Source of the DNA: an uncultured Acidimicrobiia bacterium
GTDB lineage: Bacteria > Actinomycetota > Acidimicrobiia > Acidimicrobiales > AC-14
Reading direction: 5' to 3'
DNA: 28,608 nucleotides
Assembly: GCA_963836205.1 (NCBI GenBank)
Contig: CAWIIV010000004.1
Span: forward strand, 1 to 28,608
This document shows, piece by piece, positions 1 to 9,439 of this stretch (position 1 is the stretch's first letter; every line of letters starts with the position of its first letter). The translations under genes were made by a program, and so were the position numbers. A model generated the notes under the pieces. That model did no database searches. It was given only the letters and a program-made list of their open reading frames with translations, and had not been told where the DNA came from.

Positions 1-83
1 GGCCGCGGTTGCTGGCGTCTTCCACCCGCCGGGCACGCCCGCCGCCGGGTACTGACGGTCGGTCGCGGGTAGAGCCTCCCTGC

Positions 84-1370
84 ATGCGACGCCTTCTCCT
101 CGCCTTCGCCCTGGTTGTCCTGGTGGTCCCGGCCGCGGCCGCCGCCCAGACCGGCGTTCTCGACCGGGCCGCGGCCGCCTGCGCTCCAACTCGGTCTACG
201 TCGATGCCGATGCCGACCCCGAGCGGGCCGACGAGGTCGACGCCGACGGCCTGCGCCAGCGCATCCGGGACTCGGGGGCGCCCATCTTCGTGGCCGTCCT
301 GCCCGCAGCGGCGGTGGACGAGGTCGACGGCGACGTCAGCCGATCCCCCAGACCCTCGGAACCCGCACCGGGCTGGCCGGCACCTACGGGGTCGTCGCCG
401 GCAACAGCTTCCGGGCCGGCAGCAACACCCTGGCCGCGGGCGGGGGCGCTGGCCACCACCTCGTTCCAGGCCCACTCCGGCGAGGGCACGCAGGCGGTGC
501 TGGAGGACTTCGTACAGCGGGTGGCGCAGGAACAGGCGGCCCGGGCACCGCAGGCGACCTCGCCCTCGGCGACCACACCCTTCAACCGGGGGGAGGGCGA
601 TTCCGGTAGCGAGAGTGACGGTGGCGGCGGGGGCTCGAGCGTGGTGCCGCTGGTCCTCGTGGCCGCCGTCGTCGGGGGCGGTGTCTGTACTTCCGCCGCA
701 AGCGCAGCCGGGAACGGGCCCAGGACCAGCGCGATCGAAGCGTCCTCGAGTCCCAGCTGGCCGTGCTGGCCGACGACGTCGTCACCCTGGAACCCCTCGT
801 CGACCTCCACCCCGCGGCCCGTCCGGACTACGACGCGGCCGTGTCGCGGTACCGGGTGGCCCAGGAGGCATTGCGGGCCGTCGACCAACCCATCGACCTG
901 GTGCGGGTGGGCCGCCTCCTCGACGAGGCCCAGTACGCCATGGCCCGGGCCAAGGCCGTTGTCGAGGGACGGAACCGCCCCCGCCCCCGCCCGCCCTCGG
1001 GCAGCCCGGACGCCGGGGAGAGCCGCCCCTCGACCTCGACGAGCGGGGCCAGCCGGCCTACGTCGGCTCGGGATCGCCCTTCTACGGCGGCGGCTGGTTC
1101 GGCGGCGGTGGTGGCGGCGGCCTCCTCACCGGTCTCTTCCTGGGCGAGATGCTGGGCGGCGGCTGGGGCTGGGGCGGCGGCGGTCACGACACCGACGTCT
1201 ACGTCGACAACTCCGGCGCGGGTGGCGACGGCGACCCGGGCGGCGGGGGCGACGTCGGCGGCGGCGATTGGGGCGGCGGTGTCGGTGGCGGCGACTGGGG
1301 CGGTGGTGGCGACTGGGGCGGTGGCGGCGATTGGGGCGGTGGCGGCGACATCGGCGGCGGCGACTGGTAG
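84..1370 (+). CDS. Exported/membrane protein (signal peptide, TPM-like domain, TM helix, Gly-rich C-terminal tail); frameshifted in this assembly
   Basis: Stitching frames gives MRRLLLAFALVVLVVPAAAAA (signal) ... IFVAVLPAAA ... GTYGVVAGNSFRAGS ... TM VVPLVLVAAVVGGG ... LADDVVTLEP ... GLLTGLFLGEMLGGG ... GGGDW stop at 1370. About five -1 shifts are needed (near 180, 341, 441, 685, 969). Confidence 0.7.
   Translation: MRRLLLAFALVVLVVPAAAAAQTGVLDRAAAACAPTRSTSMPMPTPSGPTRSTPTACASASGTRGRPSSWPSCPQRRWTRSTATSADPPDPRNPHRAGRHLRGRRRQQLPGRQQHPGRGRGRWPPPRSRPTPARARRRCWRTSYSGWRRNRRPGHRRRPRPRRPHPSTGGRAIPVARVTVAAGARAWCRWSSWPPSSGAVSVLPPQAQPGTGPGPARSKRPRVPAGRAGRRRRHPGTPRRPPPRGPSGLRRGRVAVPGGPGGIAGRRPTHRPGAGGPPPRRGPVRHGPGQGRCRGTEPPPPPPALGQPGRRGEPPLDLDERGQPAYVGSGSPFYGGGWFGGGGGGGLLTGLFLGEMLGGGWGWGGGGHDTDVYVDNSGAGGDGDPGGGGDVGGGDWGGGVGGGDWGGGGDWGGGGDWGGGGDIGGGDW
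1243..1367 (+). repeat. Coding low-complexity repeat (GGGGDW/GGGD[VI])n
   Basis: Repeated ggcggcga(c/t)tggggcggt units encoding five GGGDW motifs at the C-terminus. Confidence 0.9.
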
Positions 1371-1390
1371 GTCGCCGCCCCCCCGGACCG

Positions 1391-1454
1391 ACGGCTCGGT
1401 CCGGCGGTCGGTCCGGCGGCTCGGTCCGGCGGCTCGGTCCGGCGGTTCGGCCCG
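1391..1454. repeat. Intergenic tandem repeat, about 5 x 13 bp (GCGGCTCGGTCCG)
   Basis: Units at 1391, 1404 (12 bp), 1416, 1429 and 1442, lying between two convergent stop codons. ccggaccga at 1383-1391 is the reverse complement of the unit core tcggtccgg. Confidence 0.85.
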
Positions 1455-1464
1455 CCCGGCACGC

Positions 1465-2564
1465 TCAGACCGGCGGCATGAGGACGATCTCGGGCGACGC
1501 CTCGTCCGGCACGACCCAGGCGAGGAGACGCCCGCCCTCATCGTCCACCGCCTCCCGATCGGCGGCGGGCCACGTCCAGAAGGGGCGGATGACCAGGCGG
1601 GCCGGGCGCTTCAGGTTCCACCAGCCGGCGAAGAGCCCGTCGACCAGGACCGAGCCCTGGATGCTGTTCACGCCGTCGGGGTCCGGGGCTCGGGCCTCGT
1701 CGTTGAAGAACCGGGTCCGGTCGGCGTGGCCGAGCAGGACGTTGTCGTACTCAGGCAGGAAGCGAGGCGATGCCGGAGCGGACGGGTCGGGACGGGGGGC
1801 GTCCGGCACGTCGAGCAGCTCCCGCCCGTTGTGGTCGCGGAACACCCGCAGCCCGGGACGGAGGCGATCGGCGACCTCCCGCAGGTGGGTGAGGCCGCAC
1901 CAGTTCTGCATGTCCATCGCGGACGCGGGGCCGAAGGCGGCCAGGTACCGCAGCATCAAGCGGTCGATGGAGAGACCCCGGTCGAGGGGTCGGCCCAGCC
2001 ACGACTCGATCGTGGTCCAGGTCGGACGGCTGCTCGTGTGCCAGAGGCCTCGGGGCGGGACCTGCACCACCGGCAGGAGGAACGTGGCCGCCGCGGCCAG
2101 TGACGCCGGATCGCGGTCGGGCCAGCGCTCGCCCAGCAGCCGGCGCAGCTCGACGCCCGTCCGGGGCTCGGCCTCCACGAGGGCCCGGCCGGCGGCAGCC
2201 ACCTCGTCGACCGCAACCCCGACCAGGTGGCGCCCGAACAGTCCTCCCGGGGAGACACCCCGATCCAGCACCGGCTGCATCATCGGTCGCAGGCGGAGGC
2301 CGTCGTCGGCCGTGACCAGGTGCAGGGTCGACCGCATGAGTCCCATCCGCACGACGCCGCGGCCCGCCAAAGCGCCTCCAGGTCCTCGGCCCGGAACCCC
2401 TCCACCCTCGACCACAGGGCCAGGTAGGGGTTCCTCGGCACCTGGGCCTGCATGCCGACCAGGTGCTCCACCATGGCCGCCACCGGCATGTCCACCCGCT
2501 CCAACAGGTGCTGGCGGGCGAGGGTGGCGCGGTTGAGGGCCCGCAAGCTGAGGACGTCGGACAT
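1465..2564 (-). CDS. AlkZ/YcaQ-like winged-helix (HTH_42) DNA glycosylase; one frameshift near 2370
   Basis: N-terminal LNRATLARQHLLER...GMQAQ.P..PYLALWSR (QxQ motif) joins MRSTLHLV, RYLAAFGPAS..D...WCGL and RFLPEYDNVLLGHADR. The shift falls in an A/T run at 2369-2371. Confidence 0.85.
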
Positions 2565-2609
2565 CCGCCCATGCTGGCCCAGCGGGCCGCGCTAGCGTCG
2601 CGGGCGACC

Positions 2610-3512
2610 ATGGAGCACCGGGCCGGACCGCTCCTGCGGCCGGAGGCTGCGCCGGTCGCGGTCGCCCCGTTCGGGACCACCACGGGTGCCGTCCTGCGCC
2701 TGGTCCGGGCCGAGAACTGCGTCATGGCCGGGGTGGCCACCCTGGTGGGTGCCGGAACCGCCGTCGCCGCCTCCCCCTCCCTGGCCACTCTCGCGGGACC
2801 GGTGGCCGCCGTCATGCTCGTGCTCGCCTTCGGCAACGTGGTCAACGACGTCGTCGACCAGGAGTCCGACCGCATGGGCAAGGGCCACCGCCCGCTCCCG
2901 GCGGGTCGGGTGTCGACCGCCCAGGCCGGGGGGCTGGCGGCCGCCCTCCTCACCGCCGCGTTGGCCGTGACCCTGGCCTCGGCCCGGGACGAGCTGTTCC
3001 TCGTGGTCGCCATGTGCGTGGTGGCCGCCCTCTACACGCCCTTCCTCAAGCGGGTCCCCCTCCTCGGCAACGCCGTCTTCGCGGCCCAGTGCGGGACCAC
3101 GCTGGTCTTCGGGGCCCAGGCCGCGGGTGGGGCCGAGGCCGCGACGGTGGCCGCGGCCCTGCTCGTGGGGGCGGGCATCCTGTGCGTCGAGGTGGCCAAG
3201 ACGGTGGAGGACGCCTCCGCCGACCGGGCCGTCGGCACCCGCACCGTGGCCCACCTGGTCGCGGTCCGGCACCAGCCCCGGCTGGTGGGCGGGTTCGCGG
3301 CGGCCTACGCCCTGGTGTGGGCCGTCCTCCTGACCACCGCCCGCAGCCCTGCGTTGTTCGCCCTGGCCGCAGCCCCGGTCGTCCCCCTCCTGGCCTTCGC
3401 CCTCCTGCCGCCCGGCCCCGGCCCGAGCGAGGCGCCGGCCCGGGTCGCCCGCTTCATCGTGGCCAGCAAGTGCCTGTGGCCCCTCGCCCTGGTGGCGCTC
3501 ACCGGCCTGTAG
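2610..3512 (+). CDS. UbiA-family prenyltransferase, DGGGP-synthase-like
   Basis: NDVVDQESDRMGKGHRPLPAG (NDxxDxxxD...RP), LYTPFLKR.PLLGN, second acidic motif KTVEDASAD, and many hydrophobic helices. Confidence 0.85.
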   Translation: MEHRAGPLLRPEAAPVAVAPFGTTTGAVLRLVRAENCVMAGVATLVGAGTAVAASPSLATLAGPVAAVMLVLAFGNVVNDVVDQESDRMGKGHRPLPAGRVSTAQAGGLAAALLTAALAVTLASARDELFLVVAMCVVAALYTPFLKRVPLLGNAVFAAQCGTTLVFGAQAAGGAEAATVAAALLVGAGILCVEVAKTVEDASADRAVGTRTVAHLVAVRHQPRLVGGFAAAYALVWAVLLTTARSPALFALAAAPVVPLLAFALLPPGPGPSEAPARVARFIVASKCLWPLALVALTGL

Positions 3513-3605
3513 CCATTCCGGCGCGGGCGCCCGGCGGGAACGGGGAGACTGGAGTCGGTGTTGGAACGATGAGTTCGGCGCCGGCCGTGCGTCACAACTG
3601 CCGGA

Positions 3606-3635
3606 TGCCAGCAACAGGGGTGCCAGCAACAAGGG
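3606..3635 (+). repeat. 15-bp tandem direct repeat upstream of the ABC gene (possible operator)
   Basis: TGCCAGCAACAGGGG followed by TGCCAGCAACAAGGG (14/15 identical), ending 16 bp before the GTG start. Confidence 0.6.
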
Positions 3636-3651
3636 TGAAGGGGGCAGGACC

Positions 3652-5538
3652 GTGAACGTCGACATGAACGGGTGGATGGCGCTGCACAGCGCCATGCAGG
3701 GCGAGCCGCCCAAGAAGGCGTTCACCAAGGAGATCCTGCTCCGGGTGTGGGAGTTCGCCAAGCCCTACCGGCGGGCGTTGGGCGCCTTCCTGTTCACCAG
3801 CGTTCTCGCCGCCGTCCTCACCGTGGCCACCCCGCTGCTGGCGGGCCGGGTGGTCGACGTGATCGTCGACAACGGGTCGGCCGGCACCGTCGTCGGGCTG
3901 GCCATCCTCATGGCGTTCCTGGCCGTCTTCGACGCCGTCATCGGTGTCGTCGGCCGCTGGCAGTCGGCGAAGATCGGCGAGGGCCTCATCCTCGACCTCC
4001 GGCGGGCCGTGTTCGGGCACATCCAGCGCATGCCGGTGGCCTTTTTCACCCGCACCCGCACCGGCGCCCTCGTCAGCCGCCTCGACAACGACGTCATCGG
4101 CGCCCAGCGGGCCTTCACCTGGACCCTGTCCGGGTTCGTCAGCAACCTCATCACCCTGCTGCTCACCCTGGCCGTGATGCTGCGGCTGTCGTGGTCGATC
4201 ACCCTGCTGGCGTTGATCCTGCTGCCGGTGTTCATCCTCCCCGCCCGGCGCATGGGCACCAAGCTGGCCGACCTCCAGCGGGAGGCGTCCGACAACAACG
4301 CGGCCATGACCACCCAGATGACCGAGCGCTTCTCCGCTCCCGGAGCCACCCTGGTCAAGCTCTTCGGGCGGCCGGCGGACGAGGTGGCCGAGTTCGGCTC
4401 CCGGGCGTCGCGGGTGCGCGACATCGGGGTGCGCACGGCCATGGCCCAGTGGGTCTTCCTCACCGCCCTCAGCCTGGTGTCGTCGCTCGCCCTGGCCCTC
4501 GTCTACGGCCTCGGCGGCTGGCTGGCCCTGCGGGGACGGCTGGATGCGGGCACCGTCGTCACCCTGGCCCTGCTCCTCACCCGCCTCTACGCCCCCCTCA
4601 CCGCCCTGGCCAGCGCCCGGGTCGACGCCATGACCGCCCTGGTCAGCTTCGAGCGGGTGTTCGAGGTCCTCGACGTCGAGCCCCTCATCAAGGAGAAGCC
4701 GGATGCGGTGGCTGTGCCCGACGGCCCGGTGTCGCTCGAGTTCTCCGACGTCCGCTTCGCCTACCCGTCGGCCGACAAGTTCTCGCTGGCATCCCTGGAG
4801 GAGGTTCTCACCCTCGACACCAGGGGCGGCGACGAGGTCCTCAAGGGCGTGTCGTTCCGGGTCGAGCCCGGGCAACTGGTGGCCCTGGTGGGGTCGTCGG
4901 GGAGCGGCAAGTCCACCATCGCGTCACTGGCCCCCCGGTTGTACGACGTCGACAGCGGGACGGTGAAGCTGTCGGGCATCGACACCCGCGACCTCACCTT
5001 CGACTCCATCCGCCAGTCGTTGGGGATGGTCACCCAGGACGGCCACCTCTTCCACGACACCCTCGGGTCCAATCTGCGCTTCGCCCGACCGGGCGCCACC
5101 GACGACGAGCTGTGGGACGCCCTGCGCAAGGCCCGGCTGGCCGACCTGGTGCAGTCGTTGCCCGACAAGCTCGACACGGTGGTGGGGGAGCGGGGCTACC
5201 GCCTCTCAGGCGGCGAGCGCCAGCGCCTCACCATCGCCCGCCTGCTCCTGGCCAAGCCCCAGGTGGTGATCCTCGACGAGGCCACCGCCCACCTCGACTC
5301 GGAGTCCGAGGCCGCGGTGCAGGAGGCCCTGGCCAACGCCCTGGCCGGTCGCACCGCCCTGGTCATCGCCCACCGGCTGTCGACCATCCGCGACGCCGAC
5401 CTCATCCTCGTGGTCGAGGCCGGCCGCATCGTCGAGCGGGGCACCCACGAGGCGCTCCTCGCCGCCGGCGGTCGCTACGCCGAGCTCTACAACACCCAGT
5501 TCTCCCAGGGAGTCGAGCCCGCCGGCGCCGTCGCCTGA
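3652..5538 (+). CDS. ABC exporter, fused permease/ATPase (MdlB/MsbA-like half transporter)
   Basis: N-terminal TM domain, Walker A GSSGSGKST, signature LSGGERQR, Walker B VILDEAT, and H-loop IAHRLST. Confidence 0.95.
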   Translation: MNVDMNGWMALHSAMQGEPPKKAFTKEILLRVWEFAKPYRRALGAFLFTSVLAAVLTVATPLLAGRVVDVIVDNGSAGTVVGLAILMAFLAVFDAVIGVVGRWQSAKIGEGLILDLRRAVFGHIQRMPVAFFTRTRTGALVSRLDNDVIGAQRAFTWTLSGFVSNLITLLLTLAVMLRLSWSITLLALILLPVFILPARRMGTKLADLQREASDNNAAMTTQMTERFSAPGATLVKLFGRPADEVAEFGSRASRVRDIGVRTAMAQWVFLTALSLVSSLALALVYGLGGWLALRGRLDAGTVVTLALLLTRLYAPLTALASARVDAMTALVSFERVFEVLDVEPLIKEKPDAVAVPDGPVSLEFSDVRFAYPSADKFSLASLEEVLTLDTRGGDEVLKGVSFRVEPGQLVALVGSSGSGKSTIASLAPRLYDVDSGTVKLSGIDTRDLTFDSIRQSLGMVTQDGHLFHDTLGSNLRFARPGATDDELWDALRKARLADLVQSLPDKLDTVVGERGYRLSGGERQRLTIARLLLAKPQVVILDEATAHLDSESEAAVQEALANALAGRTALVIAHRLSTIRDADLILVVEAGRIVERGTHEALLAAGGRYAELYNTQFSQGVEPAGAVA

Positions 5539-5593
5539 CGAGATACGCAGGACTCGGCGGCCAGCTCGCGGCTGCGGGTGATCGGAGGCAGCC

Positions 5594-6247
5594 ATGAAGG
5601 CCGGAACGCCGCTTCGGTACCGCCTGGCCGGCGGCGGCGACAAGCTCCCGTCCGTCGCCGACGACAAGGCCCGCGCCGAGCGCATCATCCTCACCGACGC
5701 CGATTTTCCCGGCCTGGAGCGGGAGGACGACGAGGAGGACGACGACGACGAGAGCGATTCCTTCCGCCAGTGCCTCAACGAGAACCAGATGCTCGCCGAC
5801 CTGGGCGAGGGGCCTCGCAGCGCAGAGGCGACCTTCTCCGACGAGGACGAGACACTGGCCCGTGCGTCGGCCGTCAACCTGGCCGAGAGCGAGGACGAGG
5901 CCGAGGAAGCGTTCGCCGAGCTCGAACAGTCGAGTTTCGTCGGCTGCTTCGAGAACGCCATCCGCACCGGGTTCGGGGACGAGCTCGGCGACGGCGTCGA
6001 GATCGACGACCTGTCCGTGTCGGAGCTTCGGGTTGGCGACCTCGGCGACGAGGCCATCGGCTACCGGGCCACCGTCGACCTGGTCGGCCAGGACGACGAG
6101 GCGTCGTTCGCCTTCGACTACGTCTTCATCCGGGTCGGCCGGGCCGTGGGGGTCCTTTTCTCGTTCGACATCGACACAACCTTCGACGAGGACGACCGCG
6201 AGCGCCTGTCCGAGACCCTCGCCGACCGCATGGCCGACGAGCTCTAA
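5594..6247 (+). CDS. Very acidic hypothetical protein
   Basis: GGAGG RBS before the ATG, strong GC3 codon bias, D/E-rich sequence with two Cys (RQCL, VGCF). No family recognised with confidence. Confidence 0.7.
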   Translation: MKAGTPLRYRLAGGGDKLPSVADDKARAERIILTDADFPGLEREDDEEDDDDESDSFRQCLNENQMLADLGEGPRSAEATFSDEDETLARASAVNLAESEDEAEEAFAELEQSSFVGCFENAIRTGFGDELGDGVEIDDLSVSELRVGDLGDEAIGYRATVDLVGQDDEASFAFDYVFIRVGRAVGVLFSFDIDTTFDEDDRERLSETLADRMADEL

Positions 6248-6556
6248 CTCCCGCTCGCGGACACGCACTCGAAGTCAGGTCGTCGACGACCGGCCCGTGT
6301 GCCACTCGGGCCGCGCCGCCCACGCCCACACGAACTGTGGCCGCCGGACCGCCGGAGGCGAGCTGGCGGCGTCCTCGGATCGAGCGGTCACCCCCGACGC
6401 CACGGAGAGCCGATCGGCCCCGAATCACCCGAGCCCCGCGGACGCTTCGACACCAGCGGTTGCGCGCCGGTCGGCGCCTTTGCGCACACCTACTCCGCCG
6501 GAACATCCGAGGCGCCCGCCGGGCTGGTCGTTCGCAGCGTTCCCGTGCGCCGGTCC

Positions 6557-7971
6557 TCACGGCGGGTCGTTCACCCTCGGCTCGACTGCGTTCCTCGGAT
6601 GCCGCCGATCCTCGGGTGGGACCAGCGCCCGTTTGCCCCGGCCCTCGACGAGTGACCAGTTCTGCCGCGTCTTGAGCGCGTGGCAGTGCCCACAGAGGCG
6701 ATCGAGCAGGTCGAGCACGGTGAAGTGGGTGCGGGACCAGTCGACGCGATGGTCGTAGTCGAGGCGGGCCTGGGCGCTGCAGGCCTCGTTGGCGCAGCTC
6801 GGGTACAGCCACTGGAGGGCCGTCTGCTGCAAAGCGTTAGGCCGCCGCCCCAGATGGGCCACCCCCACACGTCTCTGGCCCCGGGTGGCAACTGCGGTGA
6901 GGAACGGGTCGTCGGTGTCGATCATGTCCCGCACGGCAGATACCGCCACCGGCCCGAACCCGGCGATCTCGCAGACCTCCCCCTCGGTCGGCAAGCCTCG
7001 CAAAAGTGCCTCGAGGTCGACCCGCACGATGATCTTGGGTGGACCCGCCCGCGGCACCGGCGCCCGTTGCCGCACGGGCCGGCCACCCGCCACGGCGACG
7101 CTCTCGGCTCCGAGGGCCCGGTCGACGTCGACCTGCCCGTCGGGCGCACGAGTCTGGTCATTCCCGACGACCCCGCTCGCCCCCTCGGTTTCGCCGAACC
7201 CGATCGGCCCGTCGTCCCCCGTGGTCCCGCCGGCCCCGGGCGGCATCCCGGCGACTTCGCCGGCACACGACCGGCGGGCCATCTCGGCCAGGGCGTCGGC
7301 GGCGTAGGCGTCGGGTGGTTCGTGGCGGGCCTCGGCCCTCGCCCGGCGGAAGATCGCCTCTCGGATCGGTTCGAGGGCGGCCATGATGCGGGCGCCCACC
7401 TCGGGGTTGTCGCGGCAGTGGAGATGCCACTCGCCCTCCGAATCGGTGTAGGAGCGCAGCGACCGCCTTTGGTGGATGCGCCGACGGCGGGCCTCGGTGT
7501 CGACGTGGGCGGTGGCCTTGGTGCGGGCGCACTGCACCCGCAGCTCGGCCAGCGGCGAGCGCCGGGCCGCCTCGAGCAGCGCGACTCGGCCTCGGCGTCG
7601 GAACAGGCGGCGTCGACGATCGCCGACGCCTGCTCAGCCGACAGCTCACCCCGACGAGCGGCCGCCGACGTCTGCGGCAATGCGTCGAGCCGGCGGGCGG
7701 TGTCGAGGGCGGCCGCGGCCTGGACCACGCTGGTGCCCGTGCGCCGGGCCAGCATGTGGGCTGCCGAACGATCGCCCTCGGCCCGCCACGTCCCTGCATC
7801 CGCCACCCGGGCCGCGGCCAGGGCCTTGACCGTGGCAGCGATCTTCTCGATCCGGGACGCCTCGTCGACGACCACCGCGGCCTGCACCGCCGACAGCACG
7901 GCCGCGTCGAAGCCGGCGGCATACCCACTCAAGGACTCCCGCAGCTCCGCGATCCCTACGCCCATAGCCAT
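6557..7971 (-). CDS. DUF222 + HNH endonuclease (13E12-repeat-like family); frameshift near 7580
   Basis: N-terminal GDRSAAHMLARRTG...LPQTSAAARRGELSAEQA (DUF222-like) and C-terminal CANEAC...DYDHRVDW...LCGHCHALKT (HNH/Zn motif). Confidence 0.8.
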
Positions 7972-8013
7972 GCCCGTTGTCGACGAACGCCAAGGTGGGG
8001 GGAAGCAGCCCAG

Positions 8014-8027
8014 CGAACTGGTGTTCG
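8014..8027. promoter_or_regulatory. LexA SOS box (Gram-positive/actinobacterial CGAAC-N4-GTTCG)
   Basis: CGAAC-TGGT-GTTCG about 43 bp upstream of the DUF222-HNH start, directly downstream of a minus-strand extended -10 element TGGTAGGAT (8037-8029). Confidence 0.8.
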
Positions 8028-8104
8028 TATCCTACCACCTCTTGACCCGTAGGATCAGAAATCCCTGCGACGCCGGGCCGGGGTCGCGGCGGCCCCGACG
8101 TGGC

Positions 8105-9436
8105 TCAGGTCACCAGGAAGGTGAACAGCGGTGAGCCGGGGGGGACGGGTTCGATGCGCAGGCGGCTGTGGCGCATTCGATCGAGCAGGGGCTCGAGGTC
8201 GTCGCGGCCGTTGATCTCGATGCCCACCAGGGCCGGGCCCGTCTCCCGGTTGTTCTTCTTGACGTACTCGAAGAGGGTGATGTCCTCGTTCTCGCTCAAC
8301 ACCTCGTCGAGGAAGCCCCGCAGCGCCCCCGGCTCCTGGGGAAACTCGACCAGGAAGTAGTGCTTGAGCCCCTCGTGGATCAGGGACCGCTCGACGATCT
8401 CGCCGTAGCGGCTCACGTCGTTGTTGCCGCCGGAGAGCACGCACACCACCGTCTGGCCCGGCTCCACCGTCACCGAGTACCCGAGGGCGGCCGGGGCCAG
8501 GGCACCCGCGGGCTCGGCCACGATGCCCTCCCATTGATAGAGGTCGAGCATCTCGGTGCAGACCCGGCCCTCCTCCACCGTGACCAGCTCCTCGACCAGA
8601 TCGGCCACGATCGGGTACGTCACCGAGCCCGCCCGCCGCACCGCGGCCCCGTCCACGAAGCTGTCGAGGTCCTTGAGCACGACCGGCTCGCCCGCGGCCA
8701 CGGCCGCGGCCATGCAGGCGGCACCCGCCGGCTCGACTCCGACCAGGCGCGTCCCCGGGTGCCGGGCCCGCAGCCAGGTGGCGGTGCCGGCCAGCAGGCC
8801 GCCGCCGCCGACGGGTACGACCAGCACGTCGGGTGCGAAGCCGAGCTGGCGGACGATCTCCACCGCCACGGAGCCCTGGCCGGCGATGGTGAAGGGGTGG
8901 TCGAAGGGGGGGACGAGGACCCGGCCCGATGCCATGGCGTCCTCCACCGCGGCCAGGTTGGCGTCGTCGTAGGTGTCGCCGGTGACGACGAGGGTGACGA
9001 GGTCGCCGCCGATGGCGGTGATCCGCTCCCGCTTCTGGCGGGGGGTGGTGCGGGGGACGACGATCCGCCCGGGAACCCCCAGGTGACGGCAGCTGAAAGC
9101 CACCCCCTGGGCGTGGTTCCCGGCGCTGGCGCATTCGACGCCGTGGGACTTCTCCTCGTCGGTCAGCTGGGAGATGAAGTTGTAGGCGCCCCGGAGCTTG
9201 TAGGACCGGACGACCTGCTGGTCCTCCCGCTTCAGCCACACCTCGGCGCCCACCCGCTGGCCCAGGCGGTCGTTGCGCTCCAGGGGCGTGCGCCGGACCA
9301 CGGCGTCGAGCCGGACGTCGGCCGCCTCGACGTCGTCGGCGCTGGGCGCCCCTACGCCGGCGTCGTCGAGGTTCGATCGGACGGTTGCGGTGGCCATCAC
9401 GGGAACGGTAACGGGTGGCGGCGGGACGGCGGGCAC
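8105..9436 (-). CDS. ilvA: Threonine ammonia-lyase, biosynthetic short form (start could be 9397)
   Basis: LKREDQQVVRSYKLRGAYN (PLP lysine), SAGNHAQG, PVGGGGL, SGGNND, and a C-terminal regulatory domain FPQEPGAL...FEYVKKN. Confidence 0.95.
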   Translation of the reverse strand: MPAVPPPPVTVPVMATATVRSNLDDAGVGAPSADDVEAADVRLDAVVRRTPLERNDRLGQRVGAEVWLKREDQQVVRSYKLRGAYNFISQLTDEEKSHGVECASAGNHAQGVAFSCRHLGVPGRIVVPRTTPRQKRERITAIGGDLVTLVVTGDTYDDANLAAVEDAMASGRVLVPPFDHPFTIAGQGSVAVEIVRQLGFAPDVLVVPVGGGGLLAGTATWLRARHPGTRLVGVEPAGAACMAAAVAAGEPVVLKDLDSFVDGAAVRRAGSVTYPIVADLVEELVTVEEGRVCTEMLDLYQWEGIVAEPAGALAPAALGYSVTVEPGQTVVCVLSGGNNDVSRYGEIVERSLIHEGLKHYFLVEFPQEPGALRGFLDEVLSENEDITLFEYVKKNNRETGPALVGIEINGRDDLEPLLDRMRHSRLRIEPVPPGSPLFTFLVT

Positions 9437-9439
9437 GGA

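Noticed and set aside
1391-1454. CRISPR array
   Set aside because: The 13-bp units are contiguous with no unique spacers, and no cas genes are present.
2365-2375. Programmed frameshifting in the AlkZ-like gene (and the HNH gene near 7580)
   Set aside because: No canonical slippery heptamer is present, and the pattern matches the scattered single-base deletions nearby.
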